DNA from: Epithemia pelagica
Lineage: Eukaryota; Protista; Bacillariophyta
Length of the DNA: 64,000 bases
NCBI GenBank assembly: GCA_946965045.2
Contig: OX337242.1
Span: 868,001-932,000, forward strand
Direction of reading: 5' to 3'
Below, piece after piece: positions 20,382-30,366 of the stretch. The notes below the pieces were generated by a model. The model ran no database searches, had not been told where the DNA came from, and saw nothing but the letters and a program-made list of their open reading frames with translations. Position 1 is the first letter of the stretch. Each line of letters starts with the position of its first letter. Position numbers and translations under genes: made by a program.

Positions 20382-23192
20382 TCAAGAACTCTCGTACGCT
20401 GTGCGATAGAAGTTGTCCATCTCGGTCTTCTTGTTGTGTTTCGCTGGATCGTCGTGACAAAAGCTGCATTTTGTACCCTTCTTGCAAAATCCTTTTGAGA
20501 AGAGAATGTTGCAAAAAGGAACAGTCTTGCCGTCTTTCTCGATTGATGGCATGTTCTCCAAGATATGAGGAGGGAAGATCTTCGGATAGGACTTGTTCTT
20601 GGGTAAGCGCCAATTGGAGGGGGAAGCGAAAGTCGCAGCACTCTTGGGGAGTGAGGATTCCTGATTTTGCTTCTTGTTGGAACTGCTTGGGTCATCAGGG
20701 TTGGAAGATCGTTTCTTATTGCCTTGTTTTTGTTGTTGGGCATAAAATTTTGCTTGTAAGGCCGCAGGTAAGCCGCCTAAGGGAGCACCCAACTTGACAT
20801 TGAAGATCAGCCAATTGACACGTTGTTCTAATTCATCAAAGGCAACGTCAGAGAGAGAAGAGGCTGAACTCAAAGATCCAACAAATTCTTGTATGGCTTC
20901 GTCGAGACCGAAAAGCATCTGACCGTAAAGGAATTCGTTGGCGGAACTCAACATTTTGGCCATGATTTTCGTACGATTGCCATGGAAAAAGTTCAAAAAC
21001 TTGAGGATTTGATTGCAGATCATGGAGGTGGGACCGCAAAGGCCTTTGGCGCAGGCCCAATACGAACGCAATTGTTTCTCAAACTCGTCTTCGGTACGTG
21101 GAAAGAACAGGTTGTGGTCCGAATAGAGTTGTTGCATATCTTTACTCTGTTTCATCTCGTTGAGATGACAGAGAGAGGCGTCGTGAATTTGTTGTCGTAT
21201 ATTCTTGTCTAACGTGTGTGAAGAGTCAATCCCTGGAATCGCGTACGGATCAAAAGAGAAAGGGCTGAAGCCTCCGGGAGAGGCTTCAGATCGCCAGCGC
21301 AAACCAAGGCGTTGGATCACCGTGCATTGGCCGAGAAGAATCGTGCACACGTTGTCCATGGGGTCGAAAACTTCTGCGACAAAAGACTCGAAAAAGGTTG
21401 CCGAGTTTTTCGATTTCCAAACTTTCTTCACAACATCTGGGAGATCGGTGGGAAGAGAGGTGAAAGATCTGTCAATAACTCCCAGGCGAAGTTGTTTTTG
21501 GGCTATCTGTGGCATATCTCGGAACATACTTTTTGATTCGGGTGAAGTAATGTCGTCTTCGTTCGAAATCTTCTTCTGGGAACCAACTTCACGGAGGCAT
21601 TTCGAAATTAGAAACATCTCTGGGGAAACAAAATGCTCGATGCCTTCATCGTCAATCATACGAACACCATTGGTGGGACGAGGTGGGTCGTTTGAAGATG
21701 GAAAGGAACAATCAACCTGGGGCGGAGAAGTTTCTTGAGGAGGGGTGGTTGTAGTTTCAATTGGATTGGGTGACGAGTCGGGGGACGAAAGTAGTTCGGG
21801 AAAGACTCGGTGGCGATGATCCAACAATGTCATGAATGCAGATTCGGTGTCCTTTGGGATGTTGGGAATGACGACGCGAGGGAGTTCAACTTGAGAGCGA
21901 GTGGTCATGACCCAAAGAAAGCGAAACATGTGTTCAAGTGCAGAAAGAAAAGGAAAATCAATCTGCATGCCTTTGAGTTTCGTCTCCAGCGGCATATCGG
22001 GCGAGTGGGACCACCAGTGCTTGAGGGTCAACTCATACAAGTTGGCAGCGATGTCTTCAAACGAAAAGGAAGAGTCAACTCGGGCTGGATTCATGTACTT
22101 GATCATCATTCCGGCAAAGGCAGGAGGAATGAGACAAAGGTTGGAGTAAGTGAATCGGTCTGATTCTTTGGCTTCAGAGGAGGGAACTGGGTTCATCTTC
22201 TTGAACTGACTCCCATTGAAAAAGAAGCATGGGGTCGAATCTTTGCCTGGAGGCAAGTCAAGTTTTCCAACACATTCTTCGAGGATCGCCGAGAAGGATG
22301 GGACGTGCTTCAGGGTCTCTTCTTGGAGGAGAGATGAGATATCGTCGACGTCAATCTGGATGGGAGGCGCATCAAAGGAGGGACGATCAAGAGCGAAGAA
22401 TTCGATCGACGGGTTCACCAAAGTACCACAATCCACTGGACAACAAAGATTATGGAAAATCATGGGACGGCCGGAACGAGAGGATCCAAGAAAGGCCAAC
22501 GAATTGGTCTTGATCTTAGCAGAGATCCAAACATGAAGTTCTTCAGGAGTCGATAGGCGGATGAAACTTGCTTGGAGCTGTGTCCAAAGGGAAAGGTCGC
22601 GAGCAAGAGAGATGTGAAAAGGAGTCACAAAGGAATCACACCAATCAACCGGGGCAATCGTTGCAACATTGTCTAATGCCTTGGGGAGAGTCTTGGCCGA
22701 AATCAGATGGAAGTCGTCAGCGAAGTAAAGTTCGAAACGACGAGCGACTTTAATATCGGACTTGGACAGAATGGAAGAAGGAGAGGAGCGATTCGAAGCG
22801 GTAGCTGTCGAAGGACTCTTGTCTCCTCCACCGCCAACAAGAGAAGAGAGAACGTCATCATTCGATTTGGCTGTACCACCCGTGGGGGAAGGAGGAGGCG
22901 GAGGAGGCGTATCGTCAGAGACGGAGATCTTGGACTTGATCTGGTCGATCTTCTTCTTCTTGGCTTGGGAAGCGGCAACGAGAATCTCCTGGAGTTCAGA
23001 GTCCGAGAGGGCACTGTAATCCACATCCTCAAACAATCCACCATCAGACTTCGAGGCAAAGGCGGAGGGTTTCTGGTCCTGCGAATCATCGGGCTGAGAA
23101 ACGACGGGCGGCGAACCTCCAGAGGCGGCAGACGAAAGGGGGATCGTCGGCGACTCCTTGTCGAAGAAAGGAACAGAATCCTTAAAGGTCAT
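20382..23192 (-). CDS. Gag-like ORF1 of the Ngaro element with C-terminal CCCH zinc finger
   Basis: 936 aa, uninterrupted; CNILFSKGFCKKGTKCSFCH fits C-x8-C-x5-C-x3-H; lies immediately inside repeat A1. Confidence 0.85.
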   Translation of the reverse strand: MTFKDSVPFFDKESPTIPLSSAASGGSPPVVSQPDDSQDQKPSAFASKSDGGLFEDVDYSALSDSELQEILVAASQAKKKKIDQIKSKISVSDDTPPPPPPSPTGGTAKSNDDVLSSLVGGGGDKSPSTATASNRSSPSSILSKSDIKVARRFELYFADDFHLISAKTLPKALDNVATIAPVDWCDSFVTPFHISLARDLSLWTQLQASFIRLSTPEELHVWISAKIKTNSLAFLGSSRSGRPMIFHNLCCPVDCGTLVNPSIEFFALDRPSFDAPPIQIDVDDISSLLQEETLKHVPSFSAILEECVGKLDLPPGKDSTPCFFFNGSQFKKMNPVPSSEAKESDRFTYSNLCLIPPAFAGMMIKYMNPARVDSSFSFEDIAANLYELTLKHWWSHSPDMPLETKLKGMQIDFPFLSALEHMFRFLWVMTTRSQVELPRVVIPNIPKDTESAFMTLLDHRHRVFPELLSSPDSSPNPIETTTTPPQETSPPQVDCSFPSSNDPPRPTNGVRMIDDEGIEHFVSPEMFLISKCLREVGSQKKISNEDDITSPESKSMFRDMPQIAQKQLRLGVIDRSFTSLPTDLPDVVKKVWKSKNSATFFESFVAEVFDPMDNVCTILLGQCTVIQRLGLRWRSEASPGGFSPFSFDPYAIPGIDSSHTLDKNIRQQIHDASLCHLNEMKQSKDMQQLYSDHNLFFPRTEDEFEKQLRSYWACAKGLCGPTSMICNQILKFLNFFHGNRTKIMAKMLSSANEFLYGQMLFGLDEAIQEFVGSLSSASSLSDVAFDELEQRVNWLIFNVKLGAPLGGLPAALQAKFYAQQQKQGNKKRSSNPDDPSSSNKKQNQESSLPKSAATFASPSNWRLPKNKSYPKIFPPHILENMPSIEKDGKTVPFCNILFSKGFCKKGTKCSFCHDDPAKHNKKTEMDNFYRTAYESS

Positions 23193-23226
23193 GATGAAAA
23201 GGCAAAGGTAGAGGCTGAAAGCAAAG

Positions 23227-23470
23227 TAAACTAGCTAAGATCGTTGCGATCGTCTTGAACTCGTCTTTAGGCCTGCAAGAATGCTGGAATCCAGAAGAGT
23301 GAGCTCTTCTCAAAACATCGGCACCTTTGCATTCGGTCATTCGAATCGTAGAGTCCGAGGGATCAAAATCGGATGCTCGCCTCGCGACGAGGCGGTGCAG
23401 TCGCACCTCGAATGTCAGTCGCCGAAGTCTGTCCAGCATCGGCCACGTCACTCCACATCAGTACAGACAA
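23227..23470. repeat. Split direct repeat A1 (244 bp), 5' end of the Ngaro element
   Basis: Reads identical to 15610-15853. Confidence 0.92.
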
Positions 23471-25453
23471 AATTCGTTGCAGATCTCTTTTCTGTTTTGA
23501 GCATGGCAATGACTCTCAGTTTCACCATGAACACAAGCAGCTCTCACACGCTACAGCTGCAACTTTTGACTCTATGAACTGATAGACATGGAAAGTAGGG
23601 TGTGGCAAGAGCAAGAGGGCTTCCCATCTATTTGAAGCAAAAACAACAAAGTGTTCGGTCATTGAGAAATGAGATGATGCTACGACCTATGACGATTGAC
23701 GATAGTGAATCATCTATCCTACAGAAGACATGAAAGCAACCAACCAACAATCAAACAACAAAACAATTACTCCTACATCAACAAATGAGACGGGTAAGAT
23801 ACTCCAGTTGACATCAAGCGGCTTGTTCCTAGTCTACTCGTTCAACAAGAGACAAGCCAAAGGATCATGCATGAACAAGAGGAAAGATTGCAGCAGTGAT
23901 GAGTGAGAAGAAAGAAAAAGAAACAAGAAGATTAGAAATAAGCCACAGTAGTGAGAAGTGAGAAGCAGTTCAGGTTCAGCCCAGCATGTTGCATCCATTG
24001 TTCTCACCTCACGTCATGGTCAACCATTTGGCTCGGTTTTTGGTGTTTTGTGACAGACGAGGACGGGAGGGTTGCCCAAAAAATTTGAATCGTGGTGACC
24101 AGAGGGCAACCACCAACCGTCAACTGTCACATGCACGCTGGCCTTGCTCCAACCCTGAGGAATTTTATTGGGTAGACAGACAGACGAAAAACATAAAATG
24201 CTGGCTGTGTCCACTTGGGAACCTGTGAAGGTGGCACAGACAAAAAACAGCTAAGCAGTGGACACTGATACCGAGGGATATTTTATACAGTAATGAACAA
24301 CATCTAATGAAATACTTTGATTAAGCGCATCGTTACTTATTAAAACTTTAAATGTCACACAATCTCTTTTAAGACGACCTGTTTCCATCCCTCATCCCCC
24401 ATTCTCGAATTCGAAAATTCGAAAGGAAGTGGAGGGACGAGCGAACGAGGATTGTGGTGGGTATGCGTATTTGGCCTATCGAACAGAAGGAGGAAGGAGG
24501 AGATGTTGACAATTGACAATGATCAGTAGTCTCAAGCAGTTTTGCCACGGTCTCGCTACGTGACTGCTGGTGCTGTCATTTGAACTAAGTCCTTCGTGAA
24601 AAGAATTAAATCTACTCAAAAACACTTCAAAAGTGGGACGGTGAAAGTAGATAGGTAGAAGGTAGATAGAGCCCGAAGTCGGCGCTGTGAATTCTTCATT
24701 TGAGAGGAGCAGCTAAGTTCATTTCCATCCCAATACAGTCGACGCATAAATCAAGCCGTCTTCTTCCTCGAAAACGAAGGAGCATAACAAATGGTGACAG
24801 GTTGTGTGAAACGAAAAATAAAAATAACAGACAACGATGACCCATGAAAGCAAGTCGTGAGTCACCTTCTTGACCGTGAAGCTGCGTCGTGCAACGACAT
24901 GGACGAAGTTCCAGTAAGACAAGGTCTCTTGAAAAAGAGCAAAGAGCTCTCACGATTCCACCGTGTTCTCGTGACGGATCGTGGATGGATACGATGCCAA
25001 CAGTCGTGCAACCGTCCAACCGATGGAACCGATCATCGTCGATCGCCATTCGCCATCCTCATCTATCTCAAGGTTGACCTAAGAATGGGGTTCTCTTTTC
25101 AACCCTAGCGGCCACCTCACACGTGAGTCTTGAGTCACTCATATCGATAATCGATAAGCCTGAACCCATGATTCTAGGCCATCTATATTTGTTATGACAC
25201 ATCATTCCAAACTGATGACATTGTACTTTACATTTCCTTAACAATTCTTCTGTCCTCTGTCCTCTGCGAAAAAATCAAGAGAACCTCGCGAGCAGAAGGG
25301 TGACAAAGAGAAAAATCACCACTAAAACGAGACCCGCCACCGCCAACGGCATAGATTCTATGAGCTCTTTTGGATCTGGGGGAAAGGAGAGTCTCTCGAG
25401 CTCGGGGTCTCAACTCTCAACTCTCCCACGACCCACGTCGACTCTGACTCTTC

Positions 25454-26612
25454 TGACTCCCGATTAGGCACACCCAGTTTTTTAATCCGGTCGCTCTTCG
25501 CGACCAACATTTTCATTTTCGTTTTTTTCGTTTTTGATGAAAATTTCTGGTCAAAATGAAAATGATCACGCCGGCCTTCTGTGTCACCCTTTTGAAATCT
25601 TGTGAGCAGACGTGCGCGCTTTGACCGTTGGTCTTCTCGTTCGTCCTCACTTTCCCCTGCCAATCCACACAATTTTTTCTCGTCTTCTTCTCTTCTCCCT
25701 CTTTCTCATGGACAATGGACATGCACCATGACCATGCATTCTCTATCATGCATACCACTGACATTTTTGACATGAAAAGACCATAGATAGAGTTTGGCTG
25801 TGCCCCATCCCTCCTTTTTCTAGTGTTTCTTTCTCCTGTAGTTCTCGGTTTAAAAGCACACCCTCATCCACAACACCTTGTCTATGCTGTAGGCATGTCT
25901 CTTTGCAAGCAATTGTGACCTTGAGCTAAAACTACACCTTACACCCCTATTTGGAATGACCATCTTCGTGCTTTTGTTATGGAGCCTGCAGAGTCCCAAA
26001 TGCTGCTCAAAAACACCAGCATGCTCCGGGCAAAAAAAGAACAAGAGGAGCAAGTCGACAACACAAGCAACTGAAGACTCAATCTGAGCAACAGATGATT
26101 TGCACCACTAATTCTATCTCACTGAGCTTTAAAACTCTATAGAATACTAAAAGAATCCTACAATTGATTTTAGCTGCCGCCCATTGAATGGACCAAAAAT
26201 GGATGTTATACGGCACAAACACATGGCACTATGGCAAAGAAGTGAGAGAACCTATCCCAAACCATTGTCCAATTCCAATGCAGGGGTTAAGCTATGTGGA
26301 ACTTACCATGCTGACAAAGATGAGATGCTCAGTGCTCAGTGATGAAGCATGAGGCCGTTTTGGTGTTGTTGTTGGTTTGGTCGTTGCCCCATTTTGTTTT
26401 CTGCGTGGGTTTTGTGGCCTCCGGACCGGACCGGAGTCTTGTTCAGCAGCACGCCTGCCAACTTCCAACTGCCATATCACGCAAGCCTTTCCAGAGGGAT
26501 GTGAAATTTTTTTCTAGACAAGCTGGAGTTTTTGGTGAGCGGGACAGACCATGAAAGAGTTGACAGGCAGACCACTGGTGCCAAAAAACTGGGTGCGGTT
26601 AATCGGGAGTCA
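25454..26612. mobile_element. Degenerate non-autonomous TIR element (~1.16 kb)
   Basis: 30-bp inverted repeats tgactcccgattaggcacacccagtttttt (25454-25483) and aaaaaactgggtgcggttaatcgggagtca (26583-26612), 27/30 complementary. No TSD and no intact ORF recognised. Confidence 0.6.
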
Positions 26613-27600
26613 ATATATGTCGTATGTCCAAGGAGTAAATCTAAATCGCCGATGACCCATGATCATGAATGGTGTTATGGCCCCATCAAGGTTGATGGTC
26701 CCAGTTCCGGGGAAAAGGATCTATCTCAGATTCAGTTTTCAGTTCGCATGGATGAGAGAAAAGAGAAAAAACAAGAACCCTATAGTACTGTACTATTTCG
26801 GAAAGAGTACAATTTATTTTTTATGTACGAGGTGCGAGTACTACGTACTCGTAATTTAAATAGCATTTCTTCTGTTTCTGTGTGTCCCCCAAGACCCAAG
26901 ACTCATCTGACCACTCCCCCCATATTTTCATATGCCCCATCAGCTCATGTCAGCCCCTGTCGGAATGCAGCGGAAGCACATAAATTGAATCCCGACCGAC
27001 GTCCCCCGAATTTATCCACCTCCGGTAGAATTGAAACGTATGAATTTCCGAGGATCACTGTACATTAAATTGTAGATTATTTTCATAGGATCGACCTTTA
27101 GTCAGATATTATCGCTCATATCGAAATTTCTTCCATGTTATTGTAGTTTTCCTAGAGCTTCTGTATTAAAGGAAGCACGAGGGATTGAATTTAACAACCT
27201 TAATTATTTGAGAAATTGCGCTTCATGGTGGTATGGAAGCGTGTGATAAGTGTCTTTGTACAGTCTACAGTTTTGTCGGCACTTTTTCGAACAGATGGTT
27301 TTTCTCGAACGAAATCGAACCCGATCAAACATAATGTGACCATCCCTGCCCTCTTACCTCTTGTCAGACCCCTGTCTCAGATTCCATCGAACGGATCCAG
27401 ACACCTTCCTGCCACATCAAAACAATCACGGATCGACGATTGTCCACCATCACCAACCCCCCAGAAAGCACAAGTGTCATCCAGCGAGGCGTAAAAGTGC
27501 CTTGGAGGTGTTTCGATCAGGATAACCGGCTTTGCATTTCTGGAATCACTCATAAAATTTATATCGAGACATTTTGAAAAGTTCGCCCTTCGGAATCACC

Positions 27601-29776
27601 ATGGCGTTTACCTACAGCACCGTGCATCAAGAGCAACAAGAAACACTACCACATGAAGAAGAAGACCAGCATGATTGTGAACAAGCATTGCCACCCACGC
27701 TTCGAAACAAGACAACGAACCTCCCCATCGCCAACGTACAGCAAGAAGAAGATTCGTCTACAAAGTTGTCCCGCCTTCACATCGATCACGATGATGATGT
27801 TATTGATATCAAGAGCATCAAGGACCGACAAGGCATGAAGTCTTCTTCTTCTTCTTCATTATCTTCTTCGCCAAACGGCGCATCCAAGATTGCCATGTCT
27901 CCTTCGTTGGCTGTATTGGAAATGGTCCGGCAAGTGGCTTGTTGGGGCAGTAGTACCACTTCGTCAGGTTGGTGCTCCAGTTTGCTGGTTTTCCTTTTTG
28001 GGCAAGGCATATCCCTATTGGCAACGACAGCAGGAGCAACACAATCGACCTTGGAGTTAGACTGTCACTTGAATGCACCCACTCTTTCTTTGACCCCCTT
28101 TTTCTTTTTGTTGTCGCTTGGTGTGATTCCCCTGTACTTGCTTCACAAGCAGAACCAGCAACAACAAGAAGAAGAGCATTCGCAGGACTCGACAGTCGGC
28201 AATGCTTCTTCTCCTGAAGCGCTCCACAAGGAACCACAAGACATCAAGGCAGACAAGCTCAAAGAGGGAAAAGAAAGTTCACCCTGCTCTCAACATTCAT
28301 TACAAGAAGTAGAACCTCAAGACTCCTGTACCGACATGGAGAAAACCAAGAAGGAATCGGCTTTTCCTATCAACAGCGATACGGACACTACCCCTTCGAC
28401 TCCTACTTCTACAACAGCCACGACTCATACGTTCTTTGGCTTGATACCATCATCCCGAAGCATGCTGGTGTATTTCGGAGTGGCCCTGGCTGATTTTTAT
28501 GCCAATTACTTTACGGTCCTGGCCTACCGGTATACCAGCATTACCTCAGTGGCATTGTCAGATGCCTTGGCGCTACCAACTGCCATGATCTTGTCTCGAG
28601 TGTGGTTTAAAAGACGATATTCCCTCTGGCACTATATCGGTGTGTTGATTTGCCTTTCGGGGATTCTCCTCAATTTCTACCAAGATTACCAAACTGATCA
28701 CGCGAATTCCAGTCCTTCATCTTCCTACGATCCCCCGATGCAACCCACAACAGCCCTGGGAACGGAAGATGTGCATCTTTTGGCCGAACAGCAGCATGAA
28801 GGCGAACTCGATGCCGCTTATCCTCACAAGGCTATTGGTGATTTGTTGGGTTTGTTGGGAGGCATTCTATTTGGTGTGAGCAATACCATTGCTGAATTTC
28901 TGGTGTGCGATCCCAATCACCCCAGTGAAACCATTGCCAATGTGGAGTACTTGTCCATGGTAGGATTCTTTTCCATTATTGTTTGTGTCATTCAAGTGGC
29001 CTTGTTTGAAACCGATCAGGTGCAAGACTTCCTCTTTGCCCTTTTCGAGTCTGACGATGATCTGGTACACGACGACGAGGACGACGAATGTTCAGCCGGC
29101 AAAGTGTTTGGCTTGTGGATGGGATTCAGTTTTTGCTGGTTCCTCTTTTACGTTTGTTCGGCTCGATTCCTCCAAGTATCCGAAGGTACGTGACGCTTCA
29201 GTCTCTGCATATATGTGTGTATCATCTTGTTGTTGTCCATTGTCTCACAACCACCGTTGCCTTTTTGTCCCTTTAGCCGTTTATTACAATTTGAGTTTGA
29301 CCACCGATGACTTTTGGTGTACGGGATTTTCCTTGATTGCCCAACATATTGCTCCCATGCCCTTGTTTTACCCATCCTTGGCCTTGATTTTGGGTGGCAC
29401 CGTCTTGTACGAAATGCTCCCCACTCCAGAAGATGAACAAGAATGGACGGCTGTACCCCAACAAGAAAGCAAACCAGAAGACGGTGTTGCCGCGACCACC
29501 ATGGAAGACGACCAGAGAGAGCCTCGTTACCTGGAGGTGGAGGAAGACGAGACGGAGGTGGAAGAGGAAGACGAGGTTAGCTTGACCGACTTGATGAACC
29601 AACGAGAGCAATACACTGACAAACTCCGCAAAGGCAACAAAAGTGACTGCGATGATGAAGAAGACCTGGATCCAACCGAAGAAGAGTCCTTCACGTCGTT
29701 TGGGGAATCATTGGAAGAGCCTTCCTTGCACGAAGACTGGTTTGTTCGAATCGATTCGAGAAACCAGGGTGCTTGA
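27601..29776 (+). CDS. SLC35F-family (DUF914) solute carrier, 2 exons
   Basis: ADFYANYFTVLAYRYTSITSVAL, RRYSLWHYIGVLICLSG and GDLLGLLGGILFGVSNTIAE. Intron 29186-29276 gives SEAVYYNLSLTTDDFW. Long acidic tail. Confidence 0.88.
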
Positions 29777-30366
29777 TTCATGGAAGCTCTGTTTTTTCCA
29801 TGCCATGACCAACAATGCCTGTTGGTTGGCATGCGGAAAAGATCTTAGTAGATTGTTATATATAGATACATGTTCCTTTAGAATATGGTTTGAGTTTTGG
29901 ATTCCATCTCGTTCATTTTAGAGTGTTCTTCCGTTGGTCGTACAGACACAATGAGGTCACACGGTCCTTTGCCTGAGAAGAAGATGGAGGAATCGTCCTG
30001 CAACAGTTTGAGCCATAGAAGACAACAGACATTGCATTTGTGGTCAGAAAGAGGAGATCCATTGCACATGACAGCCATCGTCGATTTTGGTAGGAGGAGG
30101 AGGCAGGTTGGATTATCCTATATATGGGTATCCTTCCTAATTGAGTCCCTCATTGTTTTCTTCGAAACACGTGGCTTTTGTGTTTTCGTTTTCGTTTCAG
30201 TTTTCAGTTTTGATTTTCGTCGATTTTTTCACAAAGGTCTCATCTTCCTCCCCCGCGCCCCTCCTGCGTCCGCAGCTCAACGCAAAATCGAAAAGAGCCA
30301 AACTCTGTCTTGCTTGGGTGTGTGTCGTTTGTCTTTGGACAGTATCTTGCATTCAAACCGAAGACC

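Larger units (their letters stand above)
15425..23470 (-). mobile_element. Ngaro-type tyrosine-recombinase (YR) retrotransposon, apparently intact
   Basis: Minus-strand order A1 (23470-23227), gag, RT/RNase H, YR, B1 (16018-15854), A2 (15853-15610), 20-nt linker, B2 (15589-15425). These split direct repeats are characteristic of Ngaro/PAT-like elements. No methyltransferase domain seen. Confidence 0.93.
14862..24277. mobile_element. Non-autonomous TIR DNA transposon (~1.37 kb without the nested Ngaro insert)
   Basis: ~86-bp TIRs at 14862-14947 and 24192-24277; the first 46 bp (CCCTCGGTATCAGTGTCCACTGCTTAGC...) are perfectly inverted. ATATTT flanks both ends (14856-14861, 24278-24283). No transposase ORF in the non-Ngaro interior. 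Confidence 0.85.

Noticed and set aside
24696-27068. ORFs 24696, 24857, 25358 and 26532
   Set aside because: No motifs, non-protein-like composition, and they overlap degenerate repeat sequence.
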